In this document: positions 35,101 through 46,593 of the stretch, in pieces
Layout of the letters: every line of letters starts with the position of its first letter
Position numbering within the stretch: the first letter of the stretch is position 1
NCBI GenBank assembly: GCA_027923505.1
Contig: BROI01000020.1
Location: 372,001 to 436,000 of the forward strand
Direction: 5' to 3'
DNA length: 64,000 bases
From: Mayamaea pseudoterrestris
Taxonomy: Eukaryota
Notes under the pieces: generated by a model
What the model was told of the DNA's origin: nothing
The model's database searches: none
The model's input: only the letters and a program-made list of their open reading frames with translations
Translations under genes and position numbers: made by a program

Positions 35101-35720
35101 GCATCAGAGCCCTCGACCTGCGCCGGCAGGTTGATGAAGAATTTTGCGCTGGGCACCTCCAACATTGCTCATCTGCGCAACCTCATGAAGCCTGGAAAAC
35201 CCCGTATCCAACAGCGTCGACCAACACAAATCGAAGCCTTGCTCTATCAGGTCCGCACTGAGCGTCAGCTTTGATCACAACAAACACCTGATGAGAGGGT
35301 AGTCCGGCGTCAGCAATCACTAATGCAACGTCTTTTTCTACCCTCTCTGCAAACAATAACCGAACATGACTAGGAGCACTCCACCAGCATGTTCAAACCA
35401 AACACCCTTATTTGTTATCTGTTCCATTGTTCTCTCATGTCCAGCCAGGTAATGACAATTAGTGACGGTCCTCGGAACGATTATGGCATTGGAATTTGCC
35501 CAGGCGTCTCCTTACTCGACCAATACTGCTCCGTCCTCATCTGAAATCCTACATCTGTTGTCCCACATGAATGTGCCGCTTGTGTCGTCTCTCAATTTGG
35601 GGTACAACCCATTCGTCGGGTAGTTTCGGCTGCACTGACGGCGGGAGCGACAATAAAGCCGCATCGGCTGCTTCGTAGATAGTTAACTACTACAAAGTAA
35701 ATCATTGAGTTATTATTATT
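32140..35720 (+). mobile_element. 5'-truncated degenerate non-LTR retrotransposon (LINE) with RNase H, resembling diatom Ambal-type elements
   Basis: RT VDDTDL (~32325), WEGGLRATGGAIAPEKTFWYL, GLGFPDMY; RNase H AVSDGS...HVLGHQ; C-terminal CPSC...HLYIC; WDMWSQRN; (TTA)n tail 35710-35720. Confidence 0.85.
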
Positions 35721-35885
35721 CCATTTCGTCACGAAATCGTCATACTCCATCTCGATCAATTGCGTAAGAGATTCTACTCCGAGTTCATCGAATAACTCCT
35801 TGAACTGAGGATCTTTGAAAACGCCTACGTTCTCTTCGTACACATGCGCGAAAGCCGCATCCTTTTGCGCGCGAGTTTCCGCCAT
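35721..35885 (-). pseudogene. Element B gag N-terminus (before the LINE insertion)
   Basis: MAETRAQKDAAFAHVYEENV...DFVTKW starts ~150 bp downstream of the 5' LTR and is cut by the LINE tail. Confidence 0.75.
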
Positions 35886-36035
35886 CGTTGTCGTTGTGAC
35901 AATGTTCTTGCTATCACCTGCAGAACTTCCCAGGCCAAGAACCAATGTGCGTCCACATTACTTCCTAAATCAATAGTACTCTTTGTTGATAAAGTCTCTA
36001 TGCCGAGGCAATGAGTCTCAAGACAGTGTTAATCT

Positions 36036-36347
36036 TGTAACTTGTAAATCAAATCATTGCACCTTTTGCTTGTAGCTGTCCTTGGATGGCCAATCCAAGC
36101 TTGCAGTTGCTACAATACGAGAGACAAATAAATCGCTTTCTTAACTCTTCAAGCTTAGTAAGTCTGCTTGTTTCTACTCTATAATGCACTAGTTTCAGCA
36201 ATATGTTCGTTGAATCGCTTCGAAACCATTGCTGCCACGCATCACGCGATCGTGAGGCTGTGGTGAGCCGCGAGTGCCCCTGTGTCACCCTATTGGACAT
36301 TCGGTGTGACTTGCCCGATTTTTGCTGTTTTCGTTCGCATCCTGCAA
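36036..36347 (-). repeat. 5' LTR of element B
   Basis: Repeat of 20020-20331; followed on the minus strand by AGATTAACA(CT)GTCT, like the element C PBS. Confidence 0.9.
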
Positions 36348-37510
36348 CACATATGTTCAAATGGCATGGTGAAACCCCTCCATGGCATCCAAATGACTCA
36401 GTGATGGCCAGAAAGAAAAAATCTTCTGAGTGCCACTTGAATGGTCATCTGCCTACAAAGGAGGTGTCATTGTAGCACCTGTGTACCATCCTTTGAGCAC
36501 CTGCATGGCCAAACCCATGTTTCAAATATTCATCTGGCATGGTAAAACCCCTCCATGACATCAAAGTAGCTCAGTGATAGTGAGATGGAATACAAGGATT
36601 ATTCGGCAAGATATATTGTGAGTTGTAATAGCATTTTTTATGTGCTACCGGTATAAAGAGCTTTTGAACGCCACATAAAGGGTCATCTGCCTATAAGGTG
36701 CCACTGGTATCTTCTAAGCACTTGCATGGCCAAACCAATGACCATTTGTTCATCTGACATGCTGAAACCACTCCATGGCATCCAAGCTCAGTTATGGCGA
36801 AAAAGAATACCTTTTTTTCAGAGCGCCGCTTGAAGGGTCATCTGCCTAGAAAGGTCATTTTAGTAAGACCTATGTACCAATCCCAAAAGCACCTGCATGG
36901 CAAACCCTTGAGCGTGCTGCAAGCCCATTTCTTCATCGGGCATGTTGGAACCCCTCCATAATATAAAACTGAGTGATAGTGATGGCGGGTGAGAAATAGC
37001 TTCTAAGCGAAGCTTGAAGAATAATCTGTCTAGAAGGGCCGTTGGAGCACCTGTGCTTTTTACTAAAAGGTGTCAATGAAGCACCGGTGAATCAATAAAT
37101 GTCCATATGTTCAATGGCATGGTGATCCCCGATTTTCGCATCCAAAGAGCTCAGCGATGGCAAACAGGGGCAGCTCAATGGGTCTGCATAAAAGGGTGCC
37201 ACTGGAGCACCGAAATTCCGTCCAATGAGCTCCAGCATGGCCAAAACTTTGTTTGTTATGCTCAATTGTATTAATTGGGACCCCATCCCTACTTGGCATT
37301 TAAGTAACTTAGTGATGGCGAGAAAGAATTACTTTCTGAGTGCCGCTTACAGTGTCATATTCAAAAAGCGCGCGTGACCAAATTTTATCCAATATGTTCT
37401 TTATTGCAGGGACCTCCATGGATAGAAAATGCTACTGGTGCACCAGTGTACCATCCAAGAACTCTTTGTCCTTATGTAAGATAAACGTGCTTTCCCCCTC
37501 CATGTCATCC
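36348..37510. repeat. Satellite, right part (about 6-7 diverged ~170-220-bp units)
   Basis: Recurring GGCATGG..AAACCCCTCCATG, CTCAGTGATGG, GGTCATCTGCCTA, GTGCCACTGG, GCACCTGCATGGCCAAAC blocks. Confidence 0.85.
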
Positions 37511-37779
37511 AGTGAGTGGCGTTTGCCAACTAATTTTTAAAATTTTTCCGATATTTTTCTTGCTTATGAAGTTATTAATAAGTTATCAAACCTACATATC
37601 ACTCATTACAAGTATAAGGAATATTAATGCTTAAAAATTTATTTATAATATCCTTTTTAACTCTTTTTCAAAATTAATTCTCCTGTGGTAATTTTTCTCA
37701 AAAAGATGAAACATTTCTTTTCCGGAGAGGAAGGCGCAAGGCGTGTGGCATTTGCTAAGGTTCGGAGTGTTACTTGTCT

Positions 37780-38077
37780 TGTAACTTGTTAATCAAATCG
37801 TGCACAGTTCACTTGTAGCTGTCCTTGGATGGCAAATCAAAGCTTGCAGGTGCTACAATTCGAGAGACGAATAATTAACTTTCTTGTGAAGTCCAAATCA
37901 ACAATTTCAAAGAGCCAACTGAGGAGGAAACCAGTTCTACGCATTGAAGCTTGTGTCATCGACGAACGCAAAAGACAGAAAGGCATAGTTGTTGTTTAAG
38001 AAGGAGCTATATCGCATTAATTTCAGCAATATATCTCGTTGAATCGCCTAAAAGCCGTCGTTGCCACAGGCAGCACG
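37780..38077 (-). mobile_element. Diverged, rearranged LTR relic of the element B family
   Basis: 37780-37885 and ~38020-38077 match parts of the B LTR, with unrelated sequence between. Confidence 0.75.
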
Positions 38078-38544
38078 TTTTTTTGATTCCACGGGCATAT
38101 TTTGTGCCAGGCACGGAAAGAAGAGTTAAAATTGGGTATCTTTGATTTTGCCATCTGGAAAATCGCGGTAGTGTATGAACGCACCTTGTTTGTCCCTTTA
38201 TTGTTCTTGTAATTTGGGTTGAGGCAAGTGAGATCAATCATATGGGCCTCCTGACTTAACTGCATTCGAGTTATTCATATTTCTCGGCGACATGACTAGC
38301 TTTACAATTATTTGCGCTACCAAGGTAGCCACGGTAGGTCATGCAATGGCAATTGCAAATTGTTTTTATTGTGGTTAAGTATGTATGACAAGGTTAACTC
38401 ACGGAGAGCCGCAAGTACTTGAACACCTGATTGATGGAAACGTGTTATTGTGCATTGCGTTGGAGCCAAAAAAAAATAGACTGAAGGCTGGGATGGCTGT
38501 GATGGCTGGGATGGTTGGATAATAGGGAAGGACTGAGGAAATTG

Positions 38545-39110
38545 ACACATTTATGGGACCGTGACGGAACACTATTCTGGGGGGCACCAAAACCTACATA
38601 AGCAAGCTTCTAGCCAACTACGAGTGTATATTCAACGGACCACCGCCAAAGTATTGCTCTTCACTCAATTCACAGGACCACCCAGAACTTGACCAGACAT
38701 CCCTTATTGAGAAGTCGCGATCACCCTTAGCCAGTTCACCATCTGCAGTGCCACCACATGACCGTCATGCTTTCGTGGACAGCCTCGCATTGGACACCTC
38801 GATCGTGTCAAGTGTGTCTGTGGCTACCTTTGCAAAGTAGCCATCTGCTTTTGCACCCAGTGGCCGCAGAACGAAGTCATCTTTGGCGACTCACCAACCT
38901 ATGACTGGCAACACACCGACTACAACAAACTTCAAAAAAGTACAAGACAGTTCGCCTTACTACCCTCAAAGAAGCCAACCTGATGCATGGCAATGTTACC
39001 GGCAAAGCATGCACTGGAATCCTTCACTTAATTCAGCAGACTCCTTTTAAGTGGTTTACCAAACTCCAAGATACCGTCGAACACGCGACCTTTGGCTCTG
39101 AGCTCATGAG
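38545..39110 (+). pseudogene. Copia RT/RNase H relic
   Basis: DGTL...KTYISKLLANYE, DHPELD, GHLDRVKCVCGYL, TGKACTGILHL...QDTVEHATFGSE. Confidence 0.85.
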
Positions 39111-39559
39111 TGGGCCAGCACCATGTAGGGACATGCAAATTATGCTGAACAAACACTGGCATCATCGCAAGGATGCAAGGAACAAACACAGCATCAGGTG
39201 TGGTGGTTGGCAAAGGTGCAAGCCATTGGTGGCAAACCAAGCTGGGACACTGGTGTCATTGGTGACATGAGTAGGTGCAATTAGGGATGTATCGGTAACC
39301 TCTCTCGCAGTTAAGGCACAAACCCAGGCGGCGGGGAGACTGGTGAGTCGTCCACCCTCAGAGGTGGTGCAGGGTCATCAGCAGGAGGCTGGTAGAGTGC
39401 AACAAGGTCAGCCGAAAGCATGGATGCAACCATTGATGGTCAGCACAAGGGCATACAGGGATGTGCGGAGGAACCTTGAGGTCTGCACATATGCGGGAAT
39501 TGGAGATGAGAGAAGCACGGGGACAGTCAGTGGGTGGAACCATGCAAATTTGTTTTATA

Positions 39560-39945
39560 TCGGTTTGGCATTTGTCTATTCAATCCACAGAAATGGCCAT
39601 GAAGCAAGGACCAATTACAGAACCGCAGTCCTCAGTGGAGAGGTGATTCAAGACTAGAACTCCAATGGGAGCAAGTTGTGTGCGATTGAGGTCAAACAGC
39701 CCATGGACGAGTGTGTTTGTTGATACCACAGAAAATGGCATCAAAGTAGTTTTCAAATATGCCAATGGCACGTCCTGCCAAGTTTTGGCAGTGCAGGCCA
39801 TGGGCGACCAACTGGAAATCAATCTTTTGGTTGTGCATGTAATTATTTAATAGCTGAGAGCATTCATTATCAAGGCCCTGGTGCTTGGGTTGCAGACCAG
39901 CACGAATGAGGCGGTAGAGCAAGTTGGCATTATGGCAGCACATCT
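39560..39945 (-). pseudogene. Copia integrase relic (a further family)
   Basis: GLQPKHQGLDNECS...DFQLVAHGLHCQNLAGRAIGIFENYF resembles LDNE.S...QLVPP..HR.N.AERAI.TFKNHF. Confidence 0.7.
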
Positions 39946-40006
39946 ACATTTCCTATTTAAAGGCTGCATAAACTCTATTTAGGTCTTATTTTTTCTTGCT
40001 ACTTTA

Positions 40007-40304
40007 GTTTTCGGGCCATGTTGAATGTCTCCATCAATATGTTCCACACCTTTGGTGTCCAGTATCGACCCGACTCGCCAAAGAAGAGTTCAATGATAAA
40101 ATTACTTGGAACAATCCAACCTAAATTGTTGACAAAAGTTTCATTTGCTGTGACAGTTTTCGGGCCATGTTGAATGTCTCCATCAATATGTTCCACACCT
40201 TTGGTGTCCAGTATCGACCCGACTCGCCAAAGAAGAGTTCAATGATAAAATTACTTGGAACAATCCAACCTAAATTGTTGACAAAAGTTTCATTTGCTGT
40301 GACA
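40007..40304. repeat. Exact 149-bp tandem duplication at the 3' end of the NTPase gene
   Basis: 40007-40155 equals 40156-40304. Confidence 0.95.
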
Positions 40305-42290
40305 CCCTTTATCAGGAAACTGCAATTCTCAAAAGGCGGCAAAGGTGGGACTGAAGGATCACTTTTGGCTTGCTTCAGTTGAAACGCACGTTGATCAATA
40401 ATAGTGTTATTTTCAATGAGCAAAGCAATCACATCATACCGTGCAAAAAATTCGTGCTCTGGGAGAAAAACAGCGATTGTTGGTTGCGGACCATCAACAT
40501 CTATACCTTTTTCTAAGTCCAACCAGGTTTTACAATCTTGAAACCAATTGACCCCCTGCCGTGCCAGCATGTAAGGATTAAACATAACTTGAACACCAGG
40601 TATTTTGGTCCACTTGGCAGGCAGAAAGTCATCAAAGGGGAGTCGAGCAATGCTGCGCGAGAGATAGGCAATTGTGAATAGATATTCATATCCTTTCCCT
40701 GATCCCCACCGGGCTGTTTGCAGGAGAAGGCAAACTTTTGCTAAATCATTCTTCGCTTTAACAAGCCAGCTATCATCCTCAAGTTGGGTTCTCCGTAACA
40801 CATATCGCAATGTAGATGGCACCCAGCTCACTTTAGCAAGATCTGAGTCATCGTCTGAATCCTTCTCCAGCATGCCAAGTGGTCTCGTGGTAAGCAGATT
40901 ATGGAACTCGGGAGGAACATCCTCTATATTGCCCGAGTACAGAGACCTTAGGATTTTTTTGATCCACCCTTCCTTTTCTTTCATTGGTCGCTGATTGAAA
41001 AGTACTACCGCTTCCGCTTGCTTCATATTTGTTGCAGGCCCTTTACGTTGATCGTAAATCATTCCCGGTAGTAGACCATGATAAAGGGCTTCGAGAGGCC
41101 CACGCAGATCAGGATTCAAGTATACTAGCACATCATCCAGGTTCAAAGTCACCGGCAGACGTTCCACAACCACAGTTTGACTGCTGGCGTCTGAGCTGTC
41201 AAGAATGTCTCCAAATGATGTTACTGTGCCAAGAGCATGATTTGTAAAGATGAGATATCGGTCATTCCTGGAAAGAAAGGTGGATCTGATAAAATTTCCG
41301 AGCCTCACAGATTGGGTCCTCGACTCTTTCAAATTCAGGTTGTTAATCTCATCGATTAAAAGAATGCTTCGAGTATTCCCAAGCCATTCTTTTATATCAA
41401 ACGGATTGATAGTGTAACCCTCTTTGCAAAATTGCTCATACGCCTCTTCATAATACATTATCTCTCGATCCCATTCATTTTGTTTGACAGCGAATACGAA
41501 GCGCTGGCAGAATTCTTGGAGCAAGTCCTTTGAGTCGTCAGGCACAAAAGGCGAATAATCGTTAAAGGTGACGCAAATAACTGTAACTGGCTCTTTGTTG
41601 CGGGCGGCAAGGAAATCTGGCAACGCTGCGGCGATTTGTTCCAGTGTCGCCGTCTTGCCACTGCGGCTGCAACCAACGAGCGCCATCGGAGGAACTCGAT
41701 CGCCACCATCACTTTCCTCTAACCGGTCACTTATCTTTGCCAGTAGAGTTTCGAGATAATTCTCAGGACAAAGATACTTCTTTGGTTTGTTTCGACGTTC
41801 CGGAAGCAAAGGTCGAACGTGCGTCGGCGGCGGAGGGACGACGAACATGAAACTCTTGTCCTACTCTTGAAATAACTGATTCTGGAAAAAGCGGCTTTGG
41901 CTCCATTGTTTGGCGCGGCACTGCGGTGTAATTTCCCGCGTCAACGAGTCCATAAAAATCGAGAATTGTAATGTTCTTGTCATTGTCGATGAGAGACTCC
42001 GCGCCTCTGGCTTTTTGGAAGATAGCAAAGGACTCTGAGTTTGAGATTATGATCCTCTCGACAAAGTCTCCATCGCTTGTATAAATTGATATTGTCTTGC
42101 GTTTCCATAAAATGGTGGATCCGACGCGGCATGGTCCATGTCCGTGTCGACGCTTGTCGAGTGCGCTGATGCTTTCGTAACGGCGATGGCATCGGCTAAA
42201 TTTTATAAGGGCAAACGCTTCAGCTTTGTTCGTGTCCATTAAACGACATACTGCGAAAACCAGTAGAAGGAATTGAATTGGCGATATCAT
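40121..42290 (-). CDS. P-loop NTPase with putative C-terminal restriction-endonuclease-like domain (Crinkler-like); apparent frameshift near 41850
   Basis: Walker A GCSRSGKT, VTFN, Walker B LLIDE, ARYDVI...AFQLK; upstream ORF 41763-42290 supplies a hydrophobic N-terminus. Confidence 0.7.
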
Positions 42291-42515
42291 GACTGCGAAG
42301 TACTTATCTTGGCGATCTGTGTATAATGTCGTCCTCGTATCTTATCACATCAGAGCTCGCACCGGTGATCGTCTGTCCGTCGCTGTCTCACGTGACGAAC
42401 GCCGCCCATCAACACGCGTCGGCTCGAGATGGTGAAACTTGTTGATGTTTCGCATGCACCTTGCGCTGCCAAGTAGCATCCTTTGACAAGCGAGATTGCT
42501 AATTTAAATAACATA

Positions 42516-43055
42516 ATGAAGTTGTTAGTCGCAGCCGCTCTTTGTATGGCTTGTGTGGCGCAACTATCGCTGGCGCAGGAATACGCCGACGACTACCAGT
42601 ACGCCGCCCAGGATCAAGATTCGCTCTACCATGACTACGCTGCCCGACAGGAGAACAAGGCAGTCGTCAAGCCGTAAGTATTACAAAATGATTAAGAGGA
42701 TTATTATTCTGCAGTAGAGATGCGCCTGTTCAAGACCGAGGGTCGATATTTTCGTAGCATAACGGATGTCGTCCATCCCTTGCTTAATTCTTTTTCTAAT
42801 GCATTCTCTTACATTCGTTCTCTTCACAATTGATACAGAGGTATGCCTTGGGTGACAATTGTCACGTCTGCTGGCGCTGGATGGCTCGTCGGCGGCAAGT
42901 TCCATTCCCGTCGCACGCGCAGCAAGCTGAACGCCAAGCACAAGCAGGAACAAAAGGCGCTCTATCAGCAATACTATCAGGATGTCTACACGCTACAACA
43001 GCAAAATGCTGACTTAGTAGCTGCGATTGAGCAAATGGGGGTTAAAATGCGATAA
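42516..43055 (+). CDS. Small signal-peptide/membrane coiled-coil protein, 2 exons (42516-42673, 42839-43055)
   Basis: MKLLVAAALCMACVAQLSLA signal; GTAAGT donor at 42674 and CAG acceptor at 42838 keep the frame. Confidence 0.8.
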
Positions 43056-43601
43056 GCGAGATCAGATTTTAAAGGCTGCGTCTGCAAGGTGAATAAAGCG
43101 AGGTGCACAGGTGCAAGCCATCGTCCGACCTTGTCTTTCGATCTGGTTGCGCCTTTTATTAATTCATCGAGTATTATTCTAGTTGAAAATGTTATTTGTT
43201 AAAGCGGTTATACGAGGCAGCATTACGATAATACTGATAATGTTTTATTTTGGCGAGCATGTAAACAATCGCACTCGCAGCTCTCCGTTTGGCGTGAAAA
43301 GCTATGTACGCCGTAGTCGTGTATACTGTACATTATTCAGTTCAAACAATTCTAAGACATATAAGAGATGAGACTACATCAATTTCCGCTCATCTACAAC
43401 GTCCGTCATTGGTGGCTCAAATGTAACATGCTGCAGCAGTCGGTGGAGGTATCCGTCAAGGAATCCTCTCCTGATTGCAATTGGACGTCGGCATGCTCAT
43501 TCTCGGCGTTTCCATCTTATCCAGTCGAATCAAATTCAAAAATACCAATCAATTATCTTGTAAAATGAGTCGCGCCTCAGTAGAAGAGTCTTGTGAAAGA
43601 G

Positions 43602-44090
43602 CTAATAGTCAATGCCAGCCGCATCGCGCCAGTCGTTCGTAATCGGCGACTCCAAATGCGGGTTATAATGACGACGCGGAGACGCCGTCGAAGCAGAGGG
43701 CGAGAACGAGCCAGTCGAGCGAGGCGACTGCGACTTGCTTGGCTTGGCGCGAGTAGCGGCGGTAGCATTGGTACTGCGTTTCGTCTTTGGCTTGCGCTTC
43801 GCGGCGACAGCTCCTTTCGTCGTCTTGGCTGGCTTCTTGTCACTCTCAATGCTGCTGTTCGAAGGCGACGAAGCAGCAGTCTGCTCATCCGAGGAAGCAT
43901 CCGCGTACTTGGGCTCGGCGGCGGCAGCGATAGTCTTGGTGCGAGTCGAGGCTCGACGAGGGAGCAAGGCCGAAGCAGCAGCATGAGCGACCGAAGCCTT
44001 CTTGGTCTTGGAAGCCGCCTTCTTCTTGGTGGGAGCCGCTTTCGTCTTGTTAGCAGCAGTAGCTGCAGTCTTCTTCTTGGTTCCAGCCAT
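43602..44090 (-). CDS. Lys/Ala/Ser/Thr-rich basic protein
   Basis: MAGTKKKTAATAANKTKAAPTKKK...; low-complexity basic body with a distinct C-terminal peptide. Confidence 0.75.
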   Translation of the reverse strand: MAGTKKKTAATAANKTKAAPTKKKAASKTKKASVAHAAASALLPRRASTRTKTIAAAAEPKYADASSDEQTAASSPSNSSIESDKKPAKTTKGAVAAKRKPKTKRSTNATAATRAKPSKSQSPRSTGSFSPSASTASPRRHYNPHLESPITNDWRDAAGIDY

Positions 44091-44341
44091 GGTGAATGGT
44101 TGTTTTGCTTGTTGTAAATACTTTTGCGAGCGACGAGAAAGTCCAAGGTTGCTTTTGTGCGAGCGTCCTTCGGCGCGCGTTTTCTCGCGCGATGACACCT
44201 TGCCGGGTTCGCACCTCAATGCTACGCGACATCGTATCGGCACTCAGCTTACCGCTTTACTGAAACGCAAAGGCGCTGCGAAACGTCGCTTTCGGCAAGA
44301 TCCGATCAGCCCATCGTCATCTCTATTGACAAACAGTAATT

Positions 44342-44722
44342 ATGATCACGACACTAGAAGGAATATCCGATAGCCAAAAGCAAGAGCTTATTGCCGGCCT
44401 TGCCACTCTGCTAGTTGGATCAGCTGCCGAACCTGAGTTGACTGCCGACAAGCTCCAAGCAGTCGCCAGTGCATCCGGAAACACGCTATCGCCAGCCATG
44501 GCTGCATTGTTCGCATCGACTGTCCAAGAAGTCAAGCCATACGTCATGAGCCCAGGAGGAGGTGGTGGCGGCGGCGGAGGCGGCGGCGGTGGTGGCGCAG
44601 CTGCTGGAGGTGGTGCGGCGGCACCTGCCAAGGAGGAAGAAAAGGAAGAGGAAGAAATGGACCTTGCAGGCGGTATGGACATGTTTGGAGGTGAGGCAGG
44701 TGGCGGCGGTGGTGATTACTAG
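44342..44722 (+). CDS. RPLP1: 60S acidic ribosomal protein P1
   Basis: EL...LA.LL...ELTADKL..V..ASGN...ALFA N-domain, Gly/Ala hinge, acidic EEEKEEEEMD...MDMFG tail. Confidence 0.9.
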   Translation: MITTLEGISDSQKQELIAGLATLLVGSAAEPELTADKLQAVASASGNTLSPAMAALFASTVQEVKPYVMSPGGGGGGGGGGGGGGAAAGGGAAAPAKEEEKEEEEMDLAGGMDMFGGEAGGGGGDY

Positions 44723-45359
44723 ATTGCTGGTTTCCAATATAATGCTTTTTGCATGCGTACCGCTTCTATGTTTCGTAGTGTGGTCGCCCGATTTCGTATT
44801 TTCTCTACAAGGAACAAAATACAGCTCTTTATTCCCAACTTGAGGTATTTAATGGATAATGGAAGCTGTATTGTGTGCAAATATTCGATCTATCATCTAC
44901 ATCCATCTTTCGTCTCATGCAAGTCGGATACAATTGTCCATGCTGAACAATGCGACCTGCCTATGACAAAGCGTCTGCACGTCTCCAGGATAGTCTTCCA
45001 GACAAAGCGCAACCTGGAAATCTATCGTAACCATTTGATTCTTTGCATCATTCAGATATTAGAGGGTTGCCTTGCTCCATGCTGCATGCAACAGTCGAGT
45101 GAAGAAATGGGACGGGGCTGCGGCGTTGCTTCGTCGAAGTAGCTAATGTCGCAAAGGTACAATAATCGTACCGGTACTCATATTCTCTTGCGAAACTTTT
45201 AGCCATTTCGAATATGGAGTCGCCCTCGGTCATCGGCACCGTGGTCATCGAGAAAGACGCCAACCAAAAACCACCGTGCACTGCGATCCATGAGCTACTT
45301 GCTTCGTGCACTTGTGTCTTGCCAAAAGTCTTGCCTACTCGTAATAGTAATTTTTAACC

Positions 45360-46240
45360 ATGGTAAGTGAAGAAAGGAAGCTTCATCTTGTCATAAGGAG
45401 AGATATTTCGATTTAAAATGCGAGAGAAGCGTCTGTCGCTCTGCAGCGGTCGTTGTCGGCCATTGATTCAACGGCTCGCGTGATGAAGCAAGTCACGCTC
45501 CACTCACGGCGCATGATCAAGGCTGCGGAAGCTGCATGCATGATGCGAAACGATACGTGTTTTCAAATTTGACGCGTTCCTTGCATCAGGAGATTTTTTT
45601 AAGAAAGAAAGCGGATTTTGGACGAGCAATGCGGCAGGCATTTGTTTGTCGTCATGAGCCATGAGCATGTCTTTAGCAACGCGTCCCACTTGCGCCGCGC
45701 AAGAGTACTTTTGCAATGAATCAAGTTATTTACCCTCATTCGTGAAAGCAACTTTATCGATCGGGGTTTTAATTTTTGTAATCATTACTTACTCTACTTT
45801 CATCTTTGTCTGCGCAGTCTACTGGAGTAATTGTTGACGACGACGTTGCCACAACGTTTCAAGCCTTCAAGCTTGGCCAGGGAGAAAAGCTCCGCTACTA
45901 CGTCTACAAGATTGAAAACAAGTCCAAGATTGTCATTGACAAGAAGGGAGAAAAAGCCAAGACGTACGACGACTTTTGCGCTGACCTTCCCGAGGATGAC
46001 TGCCGCTATGGTCTAGTGGACATTGAGTTCAAGACTGCGGATGATCGACCAACGTCAAAGCTTGTGTTCATTACTTGGAATCCGGAATGCGCCAGTGTTC
46101 GCAACAAGATGTTGTACTCGGGGAGCAAGGAGGCGCTCAAGACGGTTTTGAATGGCGTTTCGATTCATATCAATGCAACTGACGCGAGTGAACTTGACTT
46201 TGAAGGCTCGGTACTTCCGGCTTGCAAAAAGTTTGCTTAG
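45360..46240 (+). CDS. ADF: Actin depolymerizing factor/cofilin; exon 1 is ATG only (45360-45362), exon 2 45818-46240
   Basis: MSTGV, RYYVYKI, LPEDDCRYGLVD, KLVFITWNPE, KMLYSGSKEALK; intron GTAAGT...GCAG. Confidence 0.95.
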
Positions 46241-46593
46241 AGGATTTGCTGGTTGCAGCTTTAATGGTGGAGTAGCTGCTAGTGCAATGGATGGGTTTCA
46301 GTTGTATTTTTGGTGGATTGAAACGCGGTGGAGCGCATGGAATATAATTTTATGATAATAATGATATTTGTTCTTATTTCATTATACTGGTACCTTGTAG
46401 TGTCTATTTGCGCAATTACATACCGACTGATTGCCGCATTGGTTTTAGTGAGCTACGTATTGTCCGGTCAGCTAGCGACATCCTGTGCAATTGTTGTCAT
46501 GTCTGCTACAGCACCGACAGGTACCCAGTATAGCACGGACGACTTCATGTTTCATAAAGGTCAAAATCACATATATACGTGAATGATAATGGC

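Larger units (their letters stand above)
20020..36347 (-). mobile_element. Old Ty1/Copia element B (CoDi-like) with two nested insertions
   Basis: ~312-bp LTRs at 20020-20331 and 36036-36347, putative TSD CACAT (20015-20019, 36348-36352), PPT 20332-20341, fragmented gag-PR-INT-RT-RH on the minus strand. Confidence 0.9.

Noticed and set aside
36027..36349. Alternative B LTR limits TGTT...AACA
   Set aside because: Not matched at the other LTR, overlaps the PBS-like motif and loses the CACAT TSD.
36348..37510. Repeat-spacer pattern as a CRISPR array
   Set aside because: Whole units are homologous and degenerate, there are no unique spacers or cas genes, and the context is eukaryotic.
44555..44620. 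GGC/GGT run as a G-quadruplex element
   Set aside because: Encodes the normal Gly/Ala hinge of ribosomal protein P1.
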